In this document: one piece after another, positions 40,119-50,425 of the stretch
How the letters are laid out: the number at the start of each line of letters is the position of its first letter
How positions within the stretch are numbered: the stretch's first letter is position 1
Assembly: GCA_964526915.1 (NCBI GenBank)
Contig: CAZGMS010000072.1
Location: forward strand, 7,341-71,340
DNA: 64,000 nt
Reading direction: 5' to 3'
DNA from: an uncultured Nitrospirales bacterium
GTDB taxonomy: Bacteria > UBA10199 > JADGCS01
The notes under the pieces: generated by a model
Seen by the model: only the letters and a program-made list of their open reading frames with translations
Databases searched by the model: none
What the model was told of the DNA's origin: nothing
Translations under genes and position numbers: made by a program

Positions 40119-41172
40119 ACAAATACTTCATGCGCTCGGAATGGTCTTCGATGGGCAGTTCCACAACACAACCTGATATTTTTTCGGCACACGGAAAATT
40201 TGAAGTGTCTTCGGTCAACAAAGCATAACCCATACCGACATGAATCTGCATGGCCAGCATGTATCTATAAAAACTTTGTGCCACCTGCCTGGTCTCAAAA
40301 CAAAGAACGATTTTATGCGGTGCAGACTGACCCCGAATAGCCTTGATGATTCTGAATTTCTTGCCATCAGAAAATTTGTTCATAAATGCATCGTGATATT
40401 TTTTTCGAAAAGCAAATGCTCCTCCCAACATACCGTGTACAGTCCCTCCCAAAAAACATTCCTCAAAAGAACCAAAACCATCATTGTAAAGAAAATGGGC
40501 GCGTTCCAAAAAAACATTCAATATATTCAGAATCCAAAGACAACAGGACCAATAACTCCAAAAAAAATCTTTTTGCCTTCCATACCTAAACAGCAACCAT
40601 CTCACAAAATGCACCAATGGGTGATGAGTCAGTTTCCAATCATAATCCAAATTATCTGTCCAAAAGAAGCCCCCCATGGCACCGGGAGTGGCCTTGCCGG
40701 GACCAATAGAAAACAATCCTGCATTGCCAAATGTTCCGAGAAAGCGACCATCCAACACAGCACCAAAACTCTGCGCTGAGTCATCAATCAGAAACGCCCC
40801 ATTCCCTTTACAAATCAATTCAATGTCACTCATGCTGGCGGGATTGCCATACAAACTGGGAGCTACCAACGCTGATACATCGTTTTCCTGCAAACATTTT
40901 TTGATGCTTGCCACTGATGGGTTGAGATCCTCCTCGTCGCAATCAAAAAAAATGGGGGTTAATCCCAGACGTCTGAGAGGAACTAATAATGACCCACAAG
41001 CGTACGCGGGCAAAGCAACATTGCCCTTTGCCGAAAAAGACCTCAGAGCATGATAAATACCAGCTTTGCCACTTGCGGCATAATGCCAATCCTTACCCGT
41101 TATCTGATTGAGTTTTGGTAAATCAAGGGGGCACTCATCAACAAAAGGCGGCCTAAACTTGGCTATTTTCAT
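40084..41172 (-). CDS. DegT/DnrJ/EryC1/StrS-family aminotransferase (third copy)
   Basis: 362 aa. Small-domain GKAGIYHAL, large-domain DDSAQSFG, and the putative Schiff-base lysine in FSIGPGKATPG. Confidence 0.6.
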   Translation of the reverse strand: MKIAKFRPPFVDECPLDLPKLNQITGKDWHYAASGKAGIYHALRSFSAKGNVALPAYACGSLLVPLRRLGLTPIFFDCDEEDLNPSVASIKKCLQENDVSALVAPSLYGNPASMSDIELICKGNGAFLIDDSAQSFGAVLDGRFLGTFGNAGLFSIGPGKATPGAMGGFFWTDNLDYDWKLTHHPLVHFVRWLLFRYGRQKDFFWSYWSCCLWILNILNVFLERAHFLYNDGFGSFEECFLGGTVHGMLGGAFAFRKKYHDAFMNKFSDGKKFRIIKAIRGQSAPHKIVLCFETRQVAQSFYRYMLAMQIHVGMGYALLTEDTSNFPCAEKISGCVVELPIEDHSERMKYLFAKVENFVDQN

Positions 41173-42419
41173 AAAAACAGTTCTTCGTACCTTTGAGTCA
41201 AGTGAGGGATATCAAAGTTGTCAAAATCGCATGATGGCATTTTTGCAGACAAATAATCTTCTTTCATTTGTTTGAGGGTCTTAATGATATCATCTACATC
41301 ATAGCGGGCCACATAATGCCCCTTCACCTTCAGCAATTCATACAATTCACCACCATTTGAAATCAGGAATATTTTTCTTCGAGTGGCCATGTAATCAAAG
41401 ACTTTTGTTCCAAAGGCATAGGGATACATTTCGGCATTAATACTCAAACCAAAACTGTAAGTTGGCATATTGGCCGAGATTTGCTTCAAGGGGGTTTCTG
41501 AATAACGGTGAAAATATTTACTGAACACGGCTGAGTCTCTCATTACGCTGTACAGTGCATCCTGGTCTTTGCCAAAGATATCCACCGTAAAATTATTTTG
41601 AAAATATTCATCTTGCATCTTATTCAGGGCAGAACACAAAAGGGTAAATGCGGGTATTCGCGAATCCGGGATATTGCCTATGTAAATCATTTTAAAGTCT
41701 GCCAAGCCCGGGTTTATGATGGCACAGCCATAATCATCAACATCATAACCATTGTGAATACAGACAAACTTTTTTGAAAAAGATCCATAGGTTTTCTTCA
41801 TTCTATGCAAAATGTCATTTGTGGGAAATACGATGACATCCGAATAAATCATCGATACAATTTCCATATAAACTGATTTTTCCTTCTGCCAAAAATAATT
41901 CAATTTTTTTAAATACTGGTAATCAACATCATCGTTCCAGGAATCACGATAATCTTGAATCAAATGAATCTCTGGATTTTCAATTTTAAGAAATGCGCTG
42001 GTATAATGAAGAGAACTCGGAGGCCCTGTGACCACAACGTTTTTAATGTGGTGTTCTTTGATGACGGCCCGGGCACAGGGAATCAGTTTTGAGCCCCATC
42101 TTTGGGCAGGATCCAAGTAGTACATCGTCTTCATGAGAACAAACCGTAAAAATTTTCGAAAATACCTTCCCAAAATATTTTTTGATGATGATGACAACAG
42201 CCACATAGGGTAATTGGCTGAAATCCTGTGAACATGAATATTTTCGTGTTGAACATCTGTTCCCCAATTTACATTCCCTTTTTTTGAACATTTGGTTGTA
42301 ATCACATGGACCACATAGCCCCTTTGGGCCAAATATTTAGAGAATTTTGCCCAACGGCGCGTACCCACACCCCCCATAGGGGGGAATTTAAACGCAATCA
42401 CTAGTAATTGTTTTTTCAT
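41169..42419 (-). CDS. glycosyltransferase, GT4-like (GT-B fold)
   Basis: 416 aa. N-terminal Glyco_trans_4-like segment FKFPPMGGVGTRRWAKFSKYLAQRGYVVHVIT. C-terminal FGTKVFDYMATRRKIFL resembles the GT4 E-x7-E region. Confidence 0.55.
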   Translation of the reverse strand: MKKQLLVIAFKFPPMGGVGTRRWAKFSKYLAQRGYVVHVITTKCSKKGNVNWGTDVQHENIHVHRISANYPMWLLSSSSKNILGRYFRKFLRFVLMKTMYYLDPAQRWGSKLIPCARAVIKEHHIKNVVVTGPPSSLHYTSAFLKIENPEIHLIQDYRDSWNDDVDYQYLKKLNYFWQKEKSVYMEIVSMIYSDVIVFPTNDILHRMKKTYGSFSKKFVCIHNGYDVDDYGCAIINPGLADFKMIYIGNIPDSRIPAFTLLCSALNKMQDEYFQNNFTVDIFGKDQDALYSVMRDSAVFSKYFHRYSETPLKQISANMPTYSFGLSINAEMYPYAFGTKVFDYMATRRKIFLISNGGELYELLKVKGHYVARYDVDDIIKTLKQMKEDYLSAKMPSCDFDNFDIPHLTQRYEELFL

Positions 42420-42430
42420 TTTCCCACGTT

Positions 42431-43795
42431 TTATGTTGCTGTTAAGATATTTTCAAAACATTCCTTCCATCCTGGCCACCCCAAATCTGAAAACATTGTA
42501 TTATGAGAAAGAAGGGTAAAAATCCCCTGGTACTTTTTAACCTGCTCTTTTAACTTGCTAAGACCACCATGCACGACTTCCATATCACGCATACCCTGAT
42601 ATTTGTAAAATGCCCCATCCATTGCTACCAAGGGCAACTCTCTTAAGCGAAGTTTTTTTTGCGATAGGATATTGAAAACTGGGTAATCCTGACACACACC
42701 GCACCTGAACCCAGCCATCTCAGGGTATCCTAACGTGGAATCAACTGCCATCCCATTATCTTCCCAAATCTGCCACGTTGTGGGCACCTCAAATTTCAAA
42801 TAGTGCTGTCTCCCAGATTGAACGCCCTCCCAGCCCTGATTTGCCAAGACTTGATTCAATCTCTGCTTTTCGATTTTCCACTTGTTTCCATCATTACATG
42901 TATCATAGCCCGGGTGAAATCCAATCACATGTTCATTCTCCCTGATTATCCTCAAATTGTGCTCGGCAAACACGGTATCCAATCTATATCCCGAATCACG
43001 CCTGCTTTTGACAGCAGACATGAAATTAAATTGGATGGTCGCATCACATCGCCTTCCCATATCGACCAATTCAGAGTAAAGATCATAGGGATCCTTGTTG
43101 CCAAAATGTCTACAAGACAAACTGCCCACCATACTCTTTGAAGCCGCTCTCAGACTTTTATTAAGAAGAAGATCACCGCCTACTCTACGAATCAGACCCC
43201 AGACATCTTGGGGATAATAGGTCAATATATCCACATCAATACTGGGAGCCATACGATAACGACTGTGCTTTTTCTGTGCCTGCCCATCCAAATGATGAAT
43301 CATCCGAAACAACATTTGAGCATATTCATGCACTATGGGCCGTTCCAAGAAACCCTGTTTGACTGCAAGCGACTGATCTGCAGGAAATCGGCCATGAATA
43401 TCGCGAATGAGATTAACGTGTTCCTCCCACCTCGTCAGCATGAAAAAAGATGACGCAAAGACATCGACACCACAGATGATTCGGTCTGACGACACAGAAC
43501 ACTCATCAGTACCAAAAATAGTGGGCAAAGGAGCCTTATCAACAAACTGGTTATCAACAAATGAGGTGCGAGAAGGGATGTTGCGATTATCCAAATAGGT
43601 AACATCAGAACAAAACTGGTTGAAAAAGTTATCCCTCACTACAATGATTTTTCGATTTTCCAATACAATTTCATAATCCTTGATTGGTCTGGCACAGACA
43701 CAGACATCAATCCCCAATAATTCCCTAAAAAGAACCTCAATAACATATTCCCGTTCGGCTACATGGTTGTCCGGAATGTTGATAACAATACCCAT
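42431..43795 (-). CDS. hypothetical protein; C-terminal half weakly CE4 / deacetylase-like
   Basis: 454 aa. No confident motif in the N-terminal roughly 250 aa. The C-terminal IGFHPGYDT ... HNTMFSD His/Asp pattern is reminiscent of the two CE4-like proteins elsewhere in the locus. Confidence 0.25.
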   Translation of the reverse strand: MGIVINIPDNHVAEREYVIEVLFRELLGIDVCVCARPIKDYEIVLENRKIIVVRDNFFNQFCSDVTYLDNRNIPSRTSFVDNQFVDKAPLPTIFGTDECSVSSDRIICGVDVFASSFFMLTRWEEHVNLIRDIHGRFPADQSLAVKQGFLERPIVHEYAQMLFRMIHHLDGQAQKKHSRYRMAPSIDVDILTYYPQDVWGLIRRVGGDLLLNKSLRAASKSMVGSLSCRHFGNKDPYDLYSELVDMGRRCDATIQFNFMSAVKSRRDSGYRLDTVFAEHNLRIIRENEHVIGFHPGYDTCNDGNKWKIEKQRLNQVLANQGWEGVQSGRQHYLKFEVPTTWQIWEDNGMAVDSTLGYPEMAGFRCGVCQDYPVFNILSQKKLRLRELPLVAMDGAFYKYQGMRDMEVVHGGLSKLKEQVKKYQGIFTLLSHNTMFSDLGWPGWKECFENILTAT

Positions 43796-43796
43796 T

Positions 43797-44522
43797 CTAA
43801 ATTCTTTCTCTCCTAGAACCCGATAACCAACGACTTAGTAGTAACCGACTTTGTCTGGCTATTTTGATACAAGTTCTTCTTTTGATGGCCTTGATCAATT
43901 GTGATTTATCAATATCACTCATCAATGTTTTTTTTGATTTGATCATGACCATACCGCCCGTTTTCACTGCACTCAGAAACTCGCCGTGTTGATTCAAAAC
44001 AACAATGCAATTTTCCAACTCATTCAAAGAATGAGCATCACCCGCATAACACATACCCTTGCCGTGTTTTTTGGCCAAATCCATTGCCCGTATATTGTCG
44101 ACATTTCGACATCTTGCATTAAACACCTCAATCATATCCACATCTTCCGCAAGCTGATTGATATTTTTATGACCTACATACGGGTGTGGCAACAACAATA
44201 ACCCTCCTTGCTCCCGAACTTCTCGAACAAATGCAGCATATTTGCGAGACTCAATTTCTTTATGAATTCCCATGGCAATCACATCACCATATTCTGTTTG
44301 ATATTCGGCAGAAAGAGGCACTTCAATATTGAGATGATTTTCATTGCAATGCTTCTTGAGTGCCAGCGAACCTTGGATGCTGTCGTGATCCGTCAATACT
44401 AAGAAATCGAGTTTCTGCGCATTGGCCCAGCGAGCCAACCGGGGAATCGACATCACAGAATCATACGAATAGGCTGAATGACAATGAAAAATACCCTTAC
44501 GATTCATACTGGCCATGCACAC
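43797..44522 (-). CDS. PHP-domain metal-dependent phosphoesterase
   Basis: 241 aa. HCHSAYSYD and LTDHD motifs typical of PHP (polymerase/histidinol-phosphatase) domain proteins such as CpsB-type phosphatases. Confidence 0.5.
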   Translation of the reverse strand: MCMASMNRKGIFHCHSAYSYDSVMSIPRLARWANAQKLDFLVLTDHDSIQGSLALKKHCNENHLNIEVPLSAEYQTEYGDVIAMGIHKEIESRKYAAFVREVREQGGLLLLPHPYVGHKNINQLAEDVDMIEVFNARCRNVDNIRAMDLAKKHGKGMCYAGDAHSLNELENCIVVLNQHGEFLSAVKTGGMVMIKSKKTLMSDIDKSQLIKAIKRRTCIKIARQSRLLLSRWLSGSRRERI

Positions 44523-45645
44523 AATACTTCACAAATGTTTTGGCAAAGTGCCCTGCCATTTTTATAGTGGGGCGAATATCCGACAGTTGACAGTTATTTT
44601 TTACACGCAAACACAGAGTATCTTTGATCACCCCACACATGGCCTTTGGTCTGAGCATACCGTACATGATGTCGCCATTGAATGGCCAAGTGTACCTGAG
44701 TTTGGATTTTCTGCAAACATCGATCGCAGGTTGCTTACCCAAATGCAGATCCACCATCATTTGCGGGAAATTCACCCCCGCAGAAATGGCAAGCTCAATA
44801 GATCCCCAGAGTTTGGCGTTAATTTCCATCAAAAAGGGACGACCTGATTCATCGACCTTGAATTCGACCATGGCCAAACCATGCCACTGCAAAGCATCCA
44901 AAATTTGTTTTCCGTACTCTGCCACCAATGGATTGAAACCAGTTTCAGCCGCCACACTGCGGCCTCCGCTGGGTGGCATTTCACGAATTCTGCGGTGCTG
45001 AAATGTCACACAACATTTGCCATGATCATACAACGCAAAAAAACCACACCCGTATCCCTTTATGTATTCCTGTAACATCGGTAACAAAGACCCTTCCAAG
45101 TTGTGCTTTTCACACAGCGCATGATACTTGCCCAAAAGATCCCTGTGATGCTCAACATAATCGATCACGTTAACACCCGCTTCCTGCTTTCCCTTGATCA
45201 CAAGGGGGAATTTCAGGGTAGCTCCCAATACTGAGATTTCTTCCCTGTTAAGCGGGTAAAAGGTTTTGGGATAAGGAACACCTATCTTTTCAGCAAGCGC
45301 GTACGTTTTTTCTTTTGACATGGCAACATCGATCTTTGATGCTTCAGCAATCACAATGTCAGAACACAGCCTGATCTCATCCTGCAATTCACTCATGATA
45401 CTGTTGGCCTTGGCACCAACAGGCATGACCATGTCTATCTGATATTGTTTTAAAATATCCAGAAAGGTTTGGTTAAACTCCGGCAGTTCATATTTGGGGA
45501 CAATAATTTCATCAGCGCAATATTTTGACAACGCCGCCAATGAACCGGGCCTATGACTCATCACATAGACTGTGTGGCATTCCTTACCCAAAGCCCTCAC
45601 CACGCCGAGCGTGTGTGTGTAGTTTCCATCTGAAACCAATATTTT
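44497..45645 (-). CDS. ATP-grasp domain protein (second copy)
   Basis: LQEYIKGYGCG and FLMEINAKLWGS ATP-grasp motifs. Start moved to MKILVSDG (45645), which abuts the upstream methyltransferase gene. Confidence 0.6.
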   Translation of the reverse strand, partial: KILVSDGNYTHTLGVVRALGKECHTVYVMSHRPGSLAALSKYCADEIIVPKYELPEFNQTFLDILKQYQIDMVMPVGAKANSIMSELQDEIRLCSDIVIAEASKIDVAMSKEKTYALAEKIGVPYPKTFYPLNREEISVLGATLKFPLVIKGKQEAGVNVIDYVEHHRDLLGKYHALCEKHNLEGSLLPMLQEYIKGYGCGFFALYDHGKCCVTFQHRRIREMPPSGGRSVAAETGFNPLVAEYGKQILDALQWHGLAMVEFKVDESGRPFLMEINAKLWGSIELAISAGVNFPQMMVDLHLGKQPAIDVCRKSKLRYTWPFNGDIMYGMLRPKAMCGVIKDTLCLRVKNNCQLSDIRPTIKMAGHFAKTFVKYCVHGQYES

Positions 45646-46406
45646 CATTTGTGAAGAATAAGAAAATAAAATGCTGAACAACGTGGAATCGCAGTTGCCA
45701 AAAATCTGTCCAGCTTATTGAATAGTGCAAATAAGCCACAACGACCTAACACGCGCAACACAGTACTCCAACACAAAAACAGACAAGTGCCATTTGTTTC
45801 CATAATCTTGAAACCCGCATTGCTTACAAGATTTTCGATATCGTGTGCTGAAAACTGCCAATGACAGAATGATTCCGGAGACACCTCTTTGCGATGTAGC
45901 TGTTTTTCGCGTCTCCAATATAAACTATTTTTATTGGGCATGGAAAAAATGATCTTACCATCATTTTTTAGGACACGGCGCAACTCATCTAAAGCCTTGG
46001 GTCTGTTTTCCACATGTTCAATCACTTCACTGCATATGATCAAGTCAACACTATCGCTCTCCAAAGGAATTTCTGTCAAATCTGCTATGACAATTTCTAT
46101 TTTATCCAAGAGTTCTGGATACTTTTCAAAATTCTTTCTCATCCGCACCACTTCTTCCCTTGAAGATTCAAGGGCCACAACACGAACAGCCACTTTACTT
46201 GCCAAATAAGTATTTGGCCCTTTTCCTGCCCCCGCATCCAGAACTGTCCTGGCAGGATATGTTTTCAGATACTGATTGATCAATGTGACCCGTTGACGAT
46301 GTTGATAGCGCCAAACGGAAAACTGATCACCGTAATCATGAAAATCATCCATGAAAGGCAACGGATAGGCATTGGCAATATCGTCAGATTGTGCAACATT
46401 CCACAT
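45645..46406 (-). CDS. class I SAM-dependent methyltransferase
   Basis: 253 aa. Motif I VLDAGAGKGPN and motif II DLIICSEVIEHV. Confidence 0.7.
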   Translation of the reverse strand: MWNVAQSDDIANAYPLPFMDDFHDYGDQFSVWRYQHRQRVTLINQYLKTYPARTVLDAGAGKGPNTYLASKVAVRVVALESSREEVVRMRKNFEKYPELLDKIEIVIADLTEIPLESDSVDLIICSEVIEHVENRPKALDELRRVLKNDGKIIFSMPNKNSLYWRREKQLHRKEVSPESFCHWQFSAHDIENLVSNAGFKIMETNGTCLFLCWSTVLRVLGRCGLFALFNKLDRFLATAIPRCSAFYFLILHK

Positions 46407-46414
46407 GGACTCTG

Positions 46415-47155
46415 TTATTCCCTTTTGATGATGATGGCGTGTCCATTCAAATTATGAATGACCACGCGATCATTTTTTTGCATCTGCTCATTCACATACT
46501 GTGTGATCCCCGAGCATCCACTAAAACCAAAATCATCGTAAACGATCATGCCACCGGGAACCAATCTGTCCCAGATCCAATCTACAACCCCTTTTGCTGA
46601 TTCGTACACATCAACATCTATGTGGCACAATCTAAATTTTTCATCTGCCACAAGAACTCCTGTCTGGTCCGGAAAAATTCCTTGAAGAACTTTTACATTG
46701 GCGTAGGAAGCCACCTTCTTTAATAAACATGTCACTAGTTCCTTCGATGTATCTGCATGCTCGCCACCTTTGTATGTGGTGTCATGGACCCCCGCTTTGA
46801 CCACACCGGAGAATGTATCACACAAATACACTTTTTCCCTGATGCCACAATCGGAGGCCCGTCTGGCCAAAAGAGCACCGGTCCCTCCACGCCACACACC
46901 AATCTCTATGATGCTTCCCCCACTCAATTTGGCACACTGGGCCACCAACGCGTACAATTCAAAACACCTATATTTGTCCACCAATGTGTGATCTTTGATC
47001 TGGCCATACAGTGTGATGAATTGTTGATCAGTATTCCAAGGGGCATAGGTAGCCTTGGGGATGATCGTTTCGTATTGGGCATCGCTGGTAGTCACAGTAC
47101 GAAGCATTCGAAATCCAAAATGATTTAGAATATTCTTAATGTGTGTTTTGAACAT
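46415..47155 (-). CDS. TylF / MycF-family (macrocin O-methyltransferase-like) SAM-dependent methyltransferase
   Basis: 246 aa. GSIIEIGVWRGGTG glycine-rich loop and the DxDxY-type metal-binding segment (HIDVDVYES) characteristic of this family. Confidence 0.65.
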   Translation of the reverse strand: MFKTHIKNILNHFGFRMLRTVTTSDAQYETIIPKATYAPWNTDQQFITLYGQIKDHTLVDKYRCFELYALVAQCAKLSGGSIIEIGVWRGGTGALLARRASDCGIREKVYLCDTFSGVVKAGVHDTTYKGGEHADTSKELVTCLLKKVASYANVKVLQGIFPDQTGVLVADEKFRLCHIDVDVYESAKGVVDWIWDRLVPGGMIVYDDFGFSGCSGITQYVNEQMQKNDRVVIHNLNGHAIIIKRE

Positions 47156-47159
47156 GTCA

Positions 47160-49046
47160 TTACTCGCTAACAGACCAGACCTTTTTCCACAAATAAAGAG
47201 AATACAAACGGCTTACCAAAGACCAATCCTTGATCTTGTTTTGCGTATATTTTTGATAATATGCATATATTTTTTTATGATTCAAAAAAGAAAACAAGCC
47301 ATTCAGATGAATATCATTAAACACACTATCAAAATTCTCTTTCAAACCCGTTTTTTGCCACAGAATTTCTGGCAATTCAAAACCAGTTTTATCGCTTCTA
47401 TTTAGAATACTCTCAGGCACCTTGCCTTGTGCTATGGTTCTCAATATTTTTTTGGAAACACCTTCATGAATTTTTTTGTCATCACCAAGGGAAAATGCTT
47501 TCTCCACCAGACGATAGTCCAAAAAAGGCAGGCGACTTTCCAAGGAAAATCGCATGGAGTTGCGATCTTCGTATCTCAAGTATTCTCTCAAGGCTGACAC
47601 CACAAGGTTGTTCCATTGCTGATTCTTTAATCTGCTGGTATATTTTTTTTGCGTCTTGACACTCTCATAATTCGTAACAAAAATATCATGCTTGTTTTTT
47701 GGTCTATAAATATCTGACAAAATCTTCGTGAAGACATTCGCACAAGTACGCAGGCAAGATAGATTTCTTGTCGTGCAGTAGGCACGCAGTTCTCTCACAA
47801 AACTCCCAAACTTTAACCTCAAAAGCAAGTCTGACAAGTAGGTATAATGATATTCCGTATAGCCCGTAAAAATTTCATCAGCACCCTGTCCATTCAACAA
47901 GACTTTTACATGACTGTTCTTTTTAATGTATTCATAAATCAGATATTGGGAATAAACAGCCAGGCCTCTCCACGGCTCTTCATGCACATACACCAGTTCA
48001 TTTAATTTTTCGATCAAACCTTCCGTTTGTGGATAAACAAAATGTTTTTCCAATTTGATGTTTCTTGTTTGAAACTCATCAATGTATTTTTTTTCACTAA
48101 AAGCCTCGTCGTCAAACACAACTGAAAATGTTTTAAATGCTCCAACATATTGTTCTGCATCAATCAGTCCCAAAATGGTGCTGGAATCAATGCCACCACT
48201 CAATAGTGAACCCACTTCCACATCTGACCGCAAACGCAATCGAATAGAATCTTTGAGAATGTTTTCTATTTCTAGTTGGGTGGCTTGAGGATGATCATGC
48301 ATTTTCCAATAGCTGTAAGTTGTTAATCCTGCTCTTGAAAACTCACAATATGTGCCTGGCTCAATTTGCAAAACATCCCTAAACATCGTCTGCTGAGTGT
48401 GATCCGAATAGCTGTACCTCAAATACTGACACACCATCTCACGATTGACATATAGTTTATCGAAAAACGACGATATAAACTTGATTTCACTTCCAAAGAT
48501 CAGATTATCATCAACAAAGGAATAATAAAGCGGCTTTATTCCAAATCTATCACGCGTAAGTGTGAGTTGATCTTTTTGGCTATCGTAAATAGCGGCCGCC
48601 CACATCCCGTTGAACCTGCAAAAAGCCTCCGTACCCCAACAATGAAAGGCCTTCAGGAACACCTCTGAATCAGCACTGGTGGTGAAACAATAACCTTGGG
48701 ATTTAAGCACTTCCCTGATTTCAATGTAGTTATATATCTCTCCATTATACACAAGACACAACCCTTCATAGCGATAAGGTTGGTGCCCCAAAGGAGTCAG
48801 ATCAATGATACTCAGCCTCCTGTGTCCCATAATGAGTCCGGACTTGTCTTTGTTAACAATGTGTTCATAACCAGCAAGTTCTTTGACGGTATCATCCCCT
48901 CTTAAGGCCTCAATAGTCTTATCATAGTTTTGATAAACAAATCCTTCATCATCAGGTCCCCTGTGTTTTAGTTTTAGGTGTGCCTGATAGAACCGTTTGG
49001 GATCAACTGTATTTTGATATGAAAAAAAACCAGATACGCCACACAT
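47160..49046 (-). CDS. asparagine synthase (glutamine-hydrolysing)-type amidotransferase (AsnB / WbpS-like)
   Basis: 628 aa. N-terminal MCGVSGFF (Cys2 class II glutaminase nucleophile), and the central SGGIDSS PP-loop ATP pyrophosphatase motif. Confidence 0.85.
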   Translation of the reverse strand: MCGVSGFFSYQNTVDPKRFYQAHLKLKHRGPDDEGFVYQNYDKTIEALRGDDTVKELAGYEHIVNKDKSGLIMGHRRLSIIDLTPLGHQPYRYEGLCLVYNGEIYNYIEIREVLKSQGYCFTTSADSEVFLKAFHCWGTEAFCRFNGMWAAAIYDSQKDQLTLTRDRFGIKPLYYSFVDDNLIFGSEIKFISSFFDKLYVNREMVCQYLRYSYSDHTQQTMFRDVLQIEPGTYCEFSRAGLTTYSYWKMHDHPQATQLEIENILKDSIRLRLRSDVEVGSLLSGGIDSSTILGLIDAEQYVGAFKTFSVVFDDEAFSEKKYIDEFQTRNIKLEKHFVYPQTEGLIEKLNELVYVHEEPWRGLAVYSQYLIYEYIKKNSHVKVLLNGQGADEIFTGYTEYHYTYLSDLLLRLKFGSFVRELRAYCTTRNLSCLRTCANVFTKILSDIYRPKNKHDIFVTNYESVKTQKKYTSRLKNQQWNNLVVSALREYLRYEDRNSMRFSLESRLPFLDYRLVEKAFSLGDDKKIHEGVSKKILRTIAQGKVPESILNRSDKTGFELPEILWQKTGLKENFDSVFNDIHLNGLFSFLNHKKIYAYYQKYTQNKIKDWSLVSRLYSLYLWKKVWSVSE

Positions 49047-49114
49047 AAATATTAACCGTCATTCCTTACCATAATGCATGTCATCGAAGAATTACTGTGC
49101 CGTTGTTACGCATC

Positions 49115-50425
49115 TTAGGCACAAAACAGACCCAGATTCACCATAAATATCAATAAGTACACAGAAAATACTGTCACTCTGTACCTACAACTCATATATT
49201 GTGCTGCTACGGATTGCATGATTAACGAATAAATAAAAAGTCCTGCGAAGCTTGCAAAGGCGGATCCAACAACACCATAGGGGAGTATCAAATACCAATT
49301 TAATAAAGCATTAACCCCAAAGGAAACAAAAGCTATCACAGGATAAATCCAAACTCTCTTATGATAACCCAATACAAGAGCAGGAATTTTATAAAAACCG
49401 CCCATCATAAATCCAGCCATAACAAATGGCATCACTGTTGCAGATTCAGAATATTTTTCATTTGAAATAAGTGCGACCAAAACAGGACTTAAAAATGAAA
49501 CAATAATTGTTATGACAATGAGCCCTGCATAATACAAGTAAGAAAATTTTTCTAATTCTGCCTTGGCTTTTACATAATCACTGATCATGTCATTAAATAC
49601 TTTTGGCAACATGGCCTGCGATACTGACTCATACACAATGGATAGACCTCTGCCGAGCATATATCCCAATGTGTAAATACCAACCGCTGTATTGCCGATG
49701 TAATGTTTCAGAAAAATTCTATCAAGGTACAGGAATGCAATGCCCTGTGTCATAGAAATCATCCCAGGCAACGACAACAAAAAAGTTTCCTTTGCCATCA
49801 ACCTGTTAAAAACCAATCTTATTTTAAATAAATTATTTTTTGCAAACTCTTTTAACAAAGAATAAATATTTACACCGTAACCAATGCCCTGCCCGCTTAT
49901 TCTGCCAAGGATACCTAAATTGAATACTGATATTAAAATAAATGATGTCGCATGATTAACAAGCGTTTGAAATATTGAATGCTTAAGAACAGATGTGGAC
50001 TTGTGTTCATTGTATAAAATTCTTGTAAAAAATGAAACATACACTGAGGCAATGCCAGTACCCAATGTCACCATATAAATTGTACGGGTTTTTATGGCTA
50101 TCCAATCAGAGATCAAGGGCATAAAAATCAATCCAATTATCAGTACCAATGCTGCTTGAAATGTGAGAAACCATAAAATCGTACTTAAATATTCATCGCG
50201 ATGCGTTTTTCTATAGTCAAAATAAAATCGGGTAGCACTGCTATCAAGATTCAACGATGCCAAGGTCTTGATGTACTCAAACATAACCAGGTACATCGCC
50301 AACACACCATAGTCGGCTGGTGTGAAAACGAACGTATAATATTTTGTCATGAGCACCGTGGCAACCGCCGCAATGAGTGATCCTGTAAAAAATTTTGGTG
50401 CGTGTTGAAAAACAACTTTGAACAT
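49115..50425 (-). CDS. Wzx-like oligosaccharide flippase (MOP superfamily, second copy)
   Basis: 436 aa with about 12 TM helices. N-terminal TPADYGVLAMYL mirrors the PST-family pattern seen in the first wzx. Confidence 0.6.
   Translation of the reverse strand: MFKVVFQHAPKFFTGSLIAAVATVLMTKYYTFVFTPADYGVLAMYLVMFEYIKTLASLNLDSSATRFYFDYRKTHRDEYLSTILWFLTFQAALVLIIGLIFMPLISDWIAIKTRTIYMVTLGTGIASVYVSFFTRILYNEHKSTSVLKHSIFQTLVNHATSFILISVFNLGILGRISGQGIGYGVNIYSLLKEFAKNNLFKIRLVFNRLMAKETFLLSLPGMISMTQGIAFLYLDRIFLKHYIGNTAVGIYTLGYMLGRGLSIVYESVSQAMLPKVFNDMISDYVKAKAELEKFSYLYYAGLIVITIIVSFLSPVLVALISNEKYSESATVMPFVMAGFMMGGFYKIPALVLGYHKRVWIYPVIAFVSFGVNALLNWYLILPYGVVGSAFASFAGLFIYSLIMQSVAAQYMSCRYRVTVFSVYLLIFMVNLGLFCA

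Noticed and set aside
22895-45681. N-terminal extensions given by the ORF track for several genes (SDR epimerase to 23989, WecE-like to 28766, GtrB-like GT2 to 31292, bi-domain oxidoreductase to 37020, second ATP-grasp to 45681, PglE-like to 5833)
   Set aside because: The extensions overlap the upstream gene in another frame and precede canonical N-terminal motifs (MKKVLVTG, MKIPFNKP, MSISVVIPAYN, MKILVSDG). Internal ATGs that give 4-bp overlaps or short gaps are more plausible. The exact starts remain unverified.
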